A stretch of 61,181 nt of DNA, counting the filler. It is 4 parts of 4 records of this genome, joined end to end, with 100 filler letters (N's around TTAATTAATTAA, not from the genome) between each part and the next. Parts side by side here need not be neighbours in the genome. Positions count along the whole stretch, not along the records: positions 1 to 22,822 come from SRR20825019_1624; positions 22,923 to 38,997 come from SRR20825019_1631; 2 more parts are not named here. One strand, 5' to 3'. Below the pieces are notes generated by a model, which was given only the letters and a program-made list of their open reading frames with translations, was not told the origin of the DNA and searched no databases. The position numbers were made by a program, and so were the translations under genes. Below, one piece after another: positions 14,148 through 24,008 of this stretch (positions within the stretch are counted from its first letter, which is position 1; each line of letters starts with the position of its first letter).

Positions 14148-14285
14148 TGCAATCAACTGACCTGAAAAGGGTATCGGCACAACATATATATCCATGACGC
14201 AAGGCTTCGCGATTGTTTGGGGCAATATGCCACCTCGTGAGGGCACCTCTGGTGTTGACTAGTAGAGTGGCGGCCAACCGAGAGG

Positions 14286-14321
14286 CCGGACCCCTACTCC
14301 GGACCGGACCCCTACTCCGGA
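14286..14321. repeat. Perfect 18-nt tandem duplication (CCGGACCCCTACTCCGGA x2)
   Basis: Seen directly; followed by GTAGGGG, which is complementary to CCCCTAC. Confidence 0.9.
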
Positions 14322-14495
14322 GAGCGGGTAGGGGGGCGGGCGAGCCGGAGGACGGCCAGGCCGGGCCGGCGCGGCAGGTCGGGTGCAGTCGTAGTGGCCG
14401 CCGGCACGGCGGCAGGCCCCGCGCCGGCGAAGACGACCGCACCGCGTGTACGGCCGCCAGTGCCGGCTTACTGCGGCTTCACAGGCATTTGAATT

Positions 14496-14520
14496 GTTGG
14501 TTCGAGGGTGGGCTATTCGA
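14496..14520 (+). promoter_or_regulatory. Shared upstream motif copy 2 (GTTGGTTCGAGGGTGGGCTATTCGA)
   Basis: In the AT-richer core between two GC-rich blocks of the PACRG/HEATR6 divergent region; 387 nt upstream of the HEATR6 ATG. Confidence 0.5.
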
Positions 14521-14882
14521 ACAGTAACATCCCAATAGGGGAATTTACCTATCAATTTTCGGGAACAGAATTGAACTTTCGGAGGCTCCGACCCCACCGT
14601 GCCGTCCGGTCAGGCCCTGCTGTCGGGGTGGCCGCCCGGTCAGGGCCGGCTGGCCGCGGGGCGCCGGCTCGACCCTGGAAGGACAGCTGCGAAGTCCAAA
14701 CGATCCGGCCGGGCCTACAAGTGAACCGCCAACGCCCTGTTGCGAGCTGCCCGCAGCTACCCTGGGTTCCTCCCGGGGGTCATAGCGGATGCGTTAGTTC
14801 ACAGTTTCGACGCCCGTTTTATATTGCCTTTGAAGGTACGTCACCAAGATTCTGCACAGACAAGCCCTTGCAGTCAAGCAAG

Positions 14883-17800
14883 ATGGAAATCTTGCAAAAG
14901 CTGACGAACCTGTCCTTTCCTAATACGTCTTATCCGAATGAGGAGTATAGCGCCATGTGTGGGCAGGTGTGCTCTGCGCTTTTAAAGGCCATCCCGCAGA
15001 GCTCATCTGATGTGAAGAGAGTGACCTCCTTAATTGTGTCCTTATGTAGCAAACAAGAGGTGCTCTTCGCCGGGCCCGACCTCGAAAACTGCATTGTCTT
15101 CTGTTTAGACGTTTTGAAGCATCATGTACATGGTATGCTTTCCAGCTTGTTGGTTTTAGGGGTGAACACTAATAGCGGGCGAAACAGACAAAGCAACTGT
15201 CCAAGATTCTCTGAACGGACTTGGCAATCTTCTTTTTGAGAATGGCCATCGGTGCTCCAAGCTTCATGGGCGGGTAATAGACACATTGCTCCCACTTGCA
15301 GACCCAGCGAAACATGACCTGGAGACCGTGCGGTTCTCCGTACATTGCCTGGGCAATATTACCCTGAAATCTGGTGCCAAGGTATTTGGCAAAGTGCCTG
15401 TGACGAATTTGATCTTTGACTTTCCAGCAGCTTCAAGGGATGCACGACAGAGTGTTTGCTTGTCTCCTGAATCTCATGGAAACATATGGGCCCAGGGTGG
15501 GAGAGGATGTCCTCGTGGTAAAGCTCTTGTCAGGGTATGGCGAAGATGCACTCATTGGCTTTAGTGTGGGATTAACAAGGCACACAGTGTCGCGCGAGCC
15601 CTGCAACTCGTCATTACGGAAGGAAAGACGTGCCACCTTCAAGCTGTGAATCGCCTGGTTGCCATGGCAAAGGCTTTGATGTTTTTCGCGTTTAACGGTT
15701 CGTGAATATACCTAGAAGCCTAATCATCGTCTCATGGATACTCTAGATGATGATGCTCGTGCCCACCAACAGGCCCACACTGTCTCAGTGCAGATGCGAC
15801 GAGGAAAATGCGCTTCGGACTCGGATTCGGATCGATCCGACCGCGAAGGGATTCAGAGTGACAGCATGAGGTAAGGAGTTTCCGCTCATTACATCTGGCA
15901 TCTCACTTGACCTCTAGGCGTGCCGCGGCATCACTGCGTGCATATGCTGTGAACATGGTGCAAGCCATGGCGCGCACCAATAACAAGACTATGTACCCGC
16001 ACTGGCCCCAGCTGCTACCGCTCTCGGATGTGTTGTCGGGCAAGGTGAATTATAGTGCAAGATCGTGTCACTCCTGCTGATCAAATGGCAGGGCCGCACC
16101 ATTCCATCCCTCCTCCTATACGATCTCTCGCCTCGTGTGCGCTTGAGTGCTGGGGCATGTATTCAGGCCATCTTTGAAGGCGCTAGGCAGTACGTGTCCA
16201 CAGCAGAAGATACTAACCGTAAGGCGGGGTCTTTTATATCTCTATCGTCGAAACTTGCGGGTGTTCTACGGGAGATCCACAATGCCCTGATAGCGTCTTG
16301 CCGTGACGATAAGTCGCCACAAGTGGCTGTCCAGTCATCAAAAGCCCTTGTCGCGATTGTGTCCATTACTCAATATGAACGGCTGCAGAGCGGGATGCTT
16401 GCGAAGGTGGTTTCAGTGTGTGAGCGGATGTGCGAATCCAAGGTACCCATTCACTACATTGTCTGCTGGGCGCTGACACATCCTACAGGATATCATGGTG
16501 AGATCTGCTGCAATGCAAGTCCTTGCCACAGTATTGTCCACGAAAACTCCATTTAAAGAAGTGGAAGAGTTCTTTATGATGGCCGGCGGAAAGATCTCAC
16601 CTCTTATGAGCAAACTTGTCAAGATATGTGACAAATCTGAACCAGTTCCGTCTGTCCGTGCCGATGCCCTCTGCTGCATGTCGCGGCTAGCGCGCACTTA
16701 TCCTGTGGTGTACATGGCACACTGGGGGCTTATTGATGTGAGTGAGTCTTGTACCGGAGCTTGAGTTGAGTCCTCAATTATGCTTCTTGTCAGACTATTG
16801 TTCGGGGCGTTGAAGCCGATGCATCCGCTGACCCGGCCATTTGTACTCAATCTGTCAAGAATATCGAAGAGTGCGCAAGGTCCTTGAACATACTGAGGTA
16901 TGATCTCCAGGAGCTTTGGAACTCTCGAATCCTTAATACTTTTTCTCCAGCGGTGGGGCCCTGGCAGACCCAGAAGCAGGTGATGAGGAAGTCACTGCAT
17001 CCGTGACTGCACAGCCGACCCCTGGCAATTATGATGGATGGTGGAAAGACATGTACGAAGTTCACGTTCCTACAGCACTTCAGTCCAAGACTGCAAGTGT
17101 GCGAGCCAGCGCGGCTATGGCCGTGTCACACACTAATGATAATATCTTGACATCGACTTCAGCCCCTACTCGCAACATGATTGTATCTTTGGTGGTAGGT
17201 TATTATGTCTAGCAGATATCAAAGAATCTTACGAATTTGTGACGTTCAGCTATCCTCGTCTTCTGATGATAATGCGGCCGTGCGGGCTGCGGCGTGCCGA
17301 GCGTTAGGTGTTTTCGTCCTTCTGCCATCCATGCGTGAGGACGAGATGTTCATGGAGGATGCCGTGGGGGTGCTTGAACGAACCATATCGGACGACAACG
17401 TAAATGTCCGTGCAAGAGCATGCTGGTTGCTCGCAAATCTGTGCGACTCCCTAAGTGTGCGGCCGGCTGAAACACCTGTAGAAGGTACATGCGCCTTTGT
17501 GGCTATGATTGCTACGCTAACTTTAATGCGACCCAGGACGGACATTGAGTTCGTTGGTTAGATTCGCGATGACTGCTGCACAAGACAATGACAAGGTTCG
17601 GTCGAACGCTGTGCGGGCCTTAGGGAATCTGTGCCGCATCCCGGCCGTGCTATCTGTCCCTCAGATTTCAATGGACTCTGTTGTGGGAACCCTTTGCACC
17701 AATGTCACCACCGGCACCGTCAAAGTCCGGTGGAATTCGTGCTATGCTATCCAAATGCTTTTCAAGAACGAGTCTCTCGCGCGCGTGTGCCCTCCATGGA

Positions 17801-18360
17801 TGGGTGCGGCCTACCGAGCTCTTCTGTCCGCGTTGGTGGAGTGCTCTAACTACAAAGTGCGGATCAATGCTGTCAATGCCCTGGCAACACCTTCCACTAT
17901 TGAAGCCTACGGCGACTCGTTTGGGGCAGCGGTTGAGTCAGTGGTGCAGGGTGTGGCCCTTGCAGAGAAAACAGAAGTGTTCGCGCAGTTCAAGTACAAG
18001 GAAACCCTACAGATTCAGACAGCAAAGGCCTTGTTCCATCTGGCATCCCTGAAGCCCCATGTTGCGGAGGTATTTTCCAAGGCGTTGGATGGTTGCGAGG
18101 AAGCCGCGCAGGACTGCATCGAGTTTGTTGCTAAGGCTCTTAACAAGAACTCCCCTGCTGTAGACAATATTATCGAAAACCCTGCGGACATCGATGCTGA
18201 TCCGACCAAGGTCCAGTCACCGAAGAAGGCCCCTATTGTGAAGCTCCCTGAAGAATGGCATGAAGGTGGCCAGGCCCTGGCATCTATGCTGGACTCGTCT
18301 GCCAGCTCAAGCAGTGCTCGTGATTCTCTTGTGCACAGTTTGCGCGCTCGATCGGTTTAG
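14883..18360 (+). CDS. HEATR6: HEAT repeat-containing protein 6-like (DUF4042-type); 12 exons
   Basis: SDSDSDRSDREG acidic motif, AEDTNRKAGSFISLSSKL, VRAAACRALGVFV, DNDKVRSNAVRALGN, VKVRWNSCYA, NYKVRINAVNAL. Eleven GT-AG introns start at 15133, 15382, 15535, 15698, 15871, 16045, 16443, 16738, 16898, 17195 and 17485. Confidence 0.85.
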
Positions 18361-18522
18361 GCGAAGCAAGCAGTCAGTGCCGAGGGCGGGCGGGCCGTTT
18401 ATGCGGACTCGGACTGCCACCGGTCAGATCCCAAGTGGGAGTCGAGAGGCGCGGACCCATGATTGGGCAGTCGGTCATGCTAGCCGCGATCGGGGCCCGC
18501 CGCATTGCGTGACCTGCGTTGC

Positions 18523-18551
18523 GTTGGTTCGTGGGTTGGGTTACTATTCGA
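18523..18551 (+). promoter_or_regulatory. Shared upstream motif copy 3 (GTTGGTTCGTGGGTTGGGTTACTATTCGA)
   Basis: Aligns with copy 2 over about 25 nt with small gaps; 454 nt upstream of the BCCIP ATG. Confidence 0.5.
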
Positions 18552-18976
18552 TCGGACTGCCAGTCGCGTCGCAAGCCGGCGTTGGCCCCGAAGGGCCGGC
18601 GGCCACTCGGTTTCGGAAGCGCTGCCACTGCCCGTTTGCGGCGGGCCGCACCGGACTCACCGGTCGCCGGGGCCGGTTGCCGGCGGTCCGCTGCCGGCGG
18701 GCCGGGCCCCCCTGAGATCGGCCCGGTCAGCCGGCGCCCCCTGCGCGGGCGGGTGCGCATGCTGGCGGCCGGCAAGTTGGGTCGCGGGTTTCTTGGAGCG
18801 CCAGCGTGAGTAGCCGGAAGACCCGTGCGGACCTATAACGGCTCAGTTACGCATCTCTAGCAAGTTGCATCTTGTCACTTGTGAGGTGCGCTAAGGCACT
18901 GGTTTCTCAGGGACCCTTCTGAGAAGGAATATAATAAACCCTGCGCACCAACAAAAGTGAATTTCAATGAGACATC

Positions 18977-20207
18977 ATGGGAAAGGCTGAGAAGAAAGCA
19001 AAAAAATCCGAAGAGGGTGCTGAGAAGAAGATGAAACGCCCCAGAGGTCTGTAGTGTATTCTGGTGTGGGAGTTATGCTTATGTATTGGTTTCAAGATGA
19101 GTCAGCATCTGATGAGAGCGAGGAAGAGCTGGAAGAAGTGGAAGATGACCTTGTGCTGGAACCCCAGGAAGGAGAAGAGGACGTGCAAGCTGAGTTCGGC
19201 TTTTTTGACTTTGTTGATGGAGACTACCACCTGGTCAGACGGCTTATGCAAACCTATCTTGACGGGACCCCATGGAATGTTCAGGATATGGCCGACATGA
19301 TAGTGAAGCAGGACATTCTAGGGAGGTAGGCTCTGTGGGCGCACTTTTAAGGCACAACCTCACTGCAGAATAGCTCTATCAAGATTATGGATGAAGAGGA
19401 CGTCTTGGGATTCGCAACTATCTTAAATTTCAGCAAAAACAAGGTGTGGCCTTTCGTTGCTGATATTTATTCCTACATTAGCCTAAAGAACCCGTCATGC
19501 AGAAAGAAAAGTGTTTCAAGGAGATAAGGGACTACTTTGTGAAGAAGGCGCCCAAGGAAGCAAAAGATCTTTTTGTCAGTGCACTTGATTCTACTAAGAA
19601 AACGTTGGGCCTATTCCTCAACGAAAGAATGATTAATGTGCCACCAGTGTTGGCCCCTCATCTACAGGTGTCGTTGTGGGAGGATCACGACTGGGCTCTT
19701 GGCCACAAAGAGCTGTCGCAAAAGGAGCGCGATGAGTTTAAGTTTGACACCCTTCTTTATGTAACGACGTTAGCAAAAGAGAAGTATGTGGCGGCGTGTA
19801 GTTGATGGACACTTGCTGATCGCAATTTAGGAAGGGCGCTGCGTCTTCGAAGGGGGACAAGAAAGGGAAAAAGGCAAAGACAAGTAAGTTATATACAGTG
19901 TGTGATGCTCAGGTGGTAACACATCACCAGACGATGATGGTTACATATATGTCAAGCCTGAAGACGAGATATATGCAGAGGTGAGTTGAATAGACTTCGC
20001 TCTGCCATGTGATGTACCCACATGGTTCGATAGGCTGCGAGCGCTCGCTATGCATACCAGTTCCAAATCATCACAAATTCCGATGGTGACCTGAAGCCAG
20101 TAGACGAAGATATGACCACGCATCGCATGGTAATGCTCATTGAAAAGTCCAAAATCAAGGACATCAGGGCCAAGCTTAAGAAATTGGCTAAGGAGGCCCA
20201 CATGTAA
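18977..20207 (+). CDS. BCCIP: BCCIP/BCP1 family protein; 7 exons
   Basis: Acidic N-terminus, VQAEFGFFDF...DYHLVRRLM, LGLFLNERMINVPPVLAPHL, YVKPEDE. Introns 19047-19096, 19326-19373, 19444-19502, 19784-19830, 19884-19930 and 19981-20033. Confidence 0.88.
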
Positions 20208-20470
20208 ACCAAAGAATGGATCTATCTATATCTTTACTCTAGTCTTTTCAAAAAACTGTGCAAGCTCTTAAAACGTAATATTCCAGTATTACATATGGTA
20301 GAGTGCCACGCAATATTGGGCCACACAAAAATAAATAGCATTTTCTTCGGCGCGATTTCCCCGGCCATCCAACAGCCGGGGATATTTGAGCATCACGCTC
20401 AACGCACGCAAACACACACAAGTAGACAACACAACAAAAATTACACATGAACGCTACGTGGGGAATACTC

Positions 20471-22603
20471 CTACTCCTCAGACTTTTGGGTTCCTTCAAG
20501 AGCGGCCTTTTCCTGCTCAACGCGATATGTGCTCTTAAAGACGGCGGAACGGACTGCATCCTTGTATTTCTGCTGGTCCATCCTAACCTTACGCCTAATC
20601 TGTTCCCTTTCGACCTCAGGATACAAGAATTGCGTGAGCAGGCGCTGAATCCGCACAGGAGCAGTTGTAGATTGATTGCTGTCGTCGTTATCCTTGACAG
20701 CCAGCTCGTCCTCCACTGCCCAGTTGCCAGCAACCTCATCGCACGCAGTCGAGAGCCAGCTGTCCACAAGTGTGTCTGCTGTTTCTTCATTCACCTCCTG
20801 TACATGACTTGTCTGGTATTCCTCTCTAGTCCTCAGCACCTCCTCTTCTTGCCGGCGGCCTGACTCTTCAGCCTCGCGCTGCCGTCGGAGCTCCTCTGCA
20901 TTCCTAACATATTCGGCAATCTCTTGCTCTTGCCTAAAGCGCACCAACTCTTTGGAGAGGTAGTCCAACGCACCACTAACCATGTGACCACCCACAGCAT
21001 CCAAAGTTGTTGTGCACATACTGGCATCCAATGCCTCCATGTCCTCTTGCCGCTCATCGTCACTGTTCTTGATATCACTTTCACTTGACCTAAGTTCCCT
21101 AATGAGCTCGTATCTCTTTTCCTTTCCTTCAAACATGACGTTCTGGACGGCACGGCCACGAATAAGCCTCTGCAGCATAACAAGAGCGTTTGCACGGTCG
21201 TGATCTTCGTCGGCCCCTGGGCGAGACGGTGTTGGAGGGCGCTCCTGCAATTTTTTTGGCTTGTACCCGGCATACTTGACCACTCCACCACTTTCTTCCT
21301 CCTCTTCGTTTGGTTGTGGCTCCATTGATCCGGTCTTGATGAGATTGTCAATTTGAGTCAATGCATTGCCAAGGCGAGCCATTCTCCTATCTTCATCGGA
21401 CATGCGCTTCTTGCCAGTATCCAGAGAAACAGCTGTTTCTATGGCGGACCTAGGCATAAATTTCTCCAGAGCACAGAGACCATCATAGTCCATAGAAGCA
21501 GCAGTTGTCTCGTAGCGCCCAGCATTCTTGTCGGGGAACCGGCCCATCCTGGTGACAGGAGCATATGTGGTTGCTCCTTCGTCTGAGTACTCACGAATGA
21601 TGTTTCGGCGAAGATTGTTTTGTCTGACCATGAAGTCTGACAGCTTCTTCCCTCCCGTAATTTTGCGGAGGGTCTTGATTCTATCGATCTGGTGCTTTTG
21701 GGCAAACCTCTCCTGCTCCATCAATTTCTGTTGTTCTATCTGGGCGAGACGGACCTCGTTGAATTTCTCCTTCTCCTCAGAGCGGGCCATCAGCGCCTGC
21801 CGAATTTTATCCAAACGTTCAGCGTGAAGTTTAACCATTTCCTCCTCCCTCTTTGACCAATCCTTCAACTCTTCCTCTTGCATAAGGTTCCGCCTCAGCT
21901 CAAAAGAGACTTCATCAGTAATAGGAGGCAGTAGCGCCTCGAAATTTCTTTTGTGACGTGCGCGCAGAACCTGAGCAATCTCGTCAGCTGAAGGAGGCAG
22001 TCCATTTTCGAAGGTCAATGTCGCCAAGGTGAGCAACTCAGGCTGCGCTCCCGGTTCCATGGTATAGTCAGGGGTATATGGTTGCGTTTGGGCTTCTGCT
22101 TCACGGAACATTGACTGAACGCCAACACTCTTCATTCCATTGTCATCTATTTCGAGAGGCGGCTGCTCAAGGGGGTCTACTCTAGAAGCGGCCGCGTTGT
22201 GCTGCTGCTCACGTGCCTCCATGCTTTCCTTCGCCAATACTACCTCTGCAGGTGCTGCACTCAGCATAGGAATGACAGGCCGCTTGAAGTACTTGTATCG
22301 ATTCTCTGAAGTGACTTTTGCCTCAGCCATTTTTGCGGCCACTGGTGGTTCAGCTCCTTTCGGGCCAGTCCAACTCCTCGATATTTCCTTAGGAACCATG
22401 TCCTGCGCCTTCAAGCGGATACTATGTGCTGGATACTTTGCTGGAATTTCTGAGAAGAACCCATTGTACTCGCATACCCTTTCCAGGCGGGCCCTCGTGG
22501 CATTTGCAAGAACGCGGTTGTGATCCTTCTGTCCGGACACAGCCCAAGTCGGGTCATACAGATGATCGTGTTGCCGTGTTACCTGAGTTGTTTCTGAGGG
22601 CAT
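20471..22603 (-). CDS. CFAP91: Cilia- and flagella-associated protein 91 (MAATS1 family), intronless CDS
   Basis: HDHLYDP, RYKYFKRPVIP, GVQSMFREAEAQTQPYTPDY...PELLTLATLTFENGLP, LQRLIRGRAVQNVMFEGKEKRYELIRELR, RRQREAEESGRRQEE. Confidence 0.9.
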   Translation of the reverse strand: MPSETTQVTRQHDHLYDPTWAVSGQKDHNRVLANATRARLERVCEYNGFFSEIPAKYPAHSIRLKAQDMVPKEISRSWTGPKGAEPPVAAKMAEAKVTSENRYKYFKRPVIPMLSAAPAEVVLAKESMEAREQQHNAAASRVDPLEQPPLEIDDNGMKSVGVQSMFREAEAQTQPYTPDYTMEPGAQPELLTLATLTFENGLPPSADEIAQVLRARHKRNFEALLPPITDEVSFELRRNLMQEEELKDWSKREEEMVKLHAERLDKIRQALMARSEEKEKFNEVRLAQIEQQKLMEQERFAQKHQIDRIKTLRKITGGKKLSDFMVRQNNLRRNIIREYSDEGATTYAPVTRMGRFPDKNAGRYETTAASMDYDGLCALEKFMPRSAIETAVSLDTGKKRMSDEDRRMARLGNALTQIDNLIKTGSMEPQPNEEEEESGGVVKYAGYKPKKLQERPPTPSRPGADEDHDRANALVMLQRLIRGRAVQNVMFEGKEKRYELIRELRSSESDIKNSDDERQEDMEALDASMCTTTLDAVGGHMVSGALDYLSKELVRFRQEQEIAEYVRNAEELRRQREAEESGRRQEEEVLRTREEYQTSHVQEVNEETADTLVDSWLSTACDEVAGNWAVEDELAVKDNDDSNQSTTAPVRIQRLLTQFLYPEVEREQIRRKVRMDQQKYKDAVRSAVFKSTYRVEQEKAALEGTQKSEE

Positions 22604-22822
22604 GTCTACTTCTGCAACTATTAACACCTGAGTCAACCTCCTCTTTGCAAATTTTCTACATATACTGTTCGGAAAGTGACTACTCCAGGTGCAGAGCGTA
22701 GAGATTTCTGGAAGCGACGCACAGGTGTCGTTCCTCTTTCAACGTTCCTCTCGAGTTTGCAGGGACTCTCAGCAAGGAGACCCGCGCCCTGGGGCGGCCC
22801 GGGGGGGGGGGGGGGGGGGGGG

Positions 22823-22922
22823 NNNNNNNNNNNNNNNNNNNNNNNNNNNNNNNNNNNNNNNNNNNNTTAATTAATTAANNNNNNNNNNNNNNNNNNNNNN
22901 NNNNNNNNNNNNNNNNNNNNNN
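22823..22922. other. Artificial contig linker
   Basis: N44-TTAATTAATTAA-N44 (stops in all six frames); abrupt change from eukaryotic to bacterial sequence. Confidence 0.99.
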
Positions 22923-23559
22923 GCAGCGCCCAGGGCCGCACCCAACGCGCCCATGCCGCATCAATCCGACCGCTGATGAGCGCTGCCACTGCAAAAGAAA
23001 AGCAAACGGAAAAACCAACATAGCCGAGATAAAGCAAAGGCGGATGGATGGCCAAACCGATATCCTGAAGGATCGGGTTCAGATCACGTCCTTCCCCCGG
23101 CGCGGGCAGAAGTCTCTCAAATGGATTCGAAGTAAGCAAAATGAATAGCAGGAAGGCTGCAGCAATCAGAGCCTGCACAGACAGCACATTGGCCCGCAGA
23201 TCGTCGGGCAGCTTCTTGCCAAATGCAGCCACAAGCGCGCTGAACAGTGTCAGGATCAGTAGCCAGAGCAACATCGAACCTTCGTGATTGCCCCAGACAC
23301 CTGAGAATTTATAGATCAGCGGCATCAATGAATGGGAATTAGCCCAGACATTGCGGACAGAAAAGTCGGAGACAATATAGCTTCTGGTAAGCGCCCCGAA
23401 TGAAAGTGCAACCAGTCCGAAAAGCACCAGCGTACCGCTGACGCCGACAGCCATGAGTGATGGATCCGCACGTTTGGCGCCGATAAAAGGCACGACCGCA
23501 GTCACCACAGCGGCAGCGAACGCCAGCACAAGAGACAGAAGCCCGAACTCTACAATCAC
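22923..23559 (-). CDS. ccmF: Heme lyase CcmF (CycK), 3' truncated by contig end
   Basis: [46 protein letters not shown]. Confidence 0.95.
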
Positions 23560-24008
23560 GGCTCCTCACCTCCCGCACCTTCCCAGACACCTTCGTCTTT
23601 CAGCCGGTCGGCCACTTCCTTCGGCATATAGTTTTCATCGTGCTTGGCCAGCACGCTATCGGCGATGAAAGGACCGCCACTGGTTTCAAAACGCCCTTCA
23701 GTGACAACCCCCTGCCCCTCACGAAACAGATCAGGCAGAATGCCGGCATAGCGAACTTCAACTGTGCCGCTGCCATCTGTAACGGCAAAGCGCACTTCGG
23801 TTCCATTGCCACGCTCAACCGATCCGGTTTTAACCAACCCGCCCAGCCGGATACGGGTTTGTGGTTCGACTGGCTTTGTCGCCAGATCGGAGGGCATGTA
23901 AAAATAGGAGACACTCTGGCTCAATGCGAACATCACCAGAAGGACCGCGACGGCGATAAAGCCTACGCCTCCGGCAATCACCGCCAGTCGTTTTTGTTTG
24001 CGGCTCAT
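23556..24008 (-). CDS. ccmE: Heme chaperone CcmE (CycJ)
   Basis: [14 protein letters not shown] and [10 protein letters not shown] heme-binding motif. Confidence 0.97.
   Translation of the reverse strand: MSRKQKRLAVIAGGVGFIAVAVLLVMFALSQSVSYFYMPSDLATKPVEPQTRIRLGGLVKTGSVERGNGTEVRFAVTDGSGTVEVRYAGILPDLFREGQGVVTEGRFETSGGPFIADSVLAKHDENYMPKEVADRLKDEGVWEGAGGEEP

Noticed and set aside
14496-14525. tRNA gene or SINE suggested by GGTTCGA
   Set aside because: No A-box, cloverleaf or correct B-box 3' end could be built; kept only as part of the shared upstream motif.
14059-14882. Arg/Gly/Pro-rich ORFs in the eukaryotic GC islands (also 18260-18813 and 4106-4489)
   Set aside because: Low-complexity translations expected from GC-rich non-coding DNA; no splice or family support.
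5017-20207. Fragmented ORFs as pseudogenes or an alternative genetic code
   Set aside because: Every break is resolved by a canonical GT-AG intron that restores conserved motifs in frame under the standard code.
22801-22822. Poly-G run as a telomere or G-quadruplex element
   Set aside because: It sits at the contig end inside a GC island and is just as well explained by a sequencing or assembly artefact; there is no telomeric repeat unit.
22780-23559. Apparent eukaryote-bacterium junction suggesting horizontal transfer
   Set aside because: The segments are separated by an artificial N44-TTAATTAATTAA-N44 linker, so adjacency carries no biological meaning. The same applies to the other two linkers.
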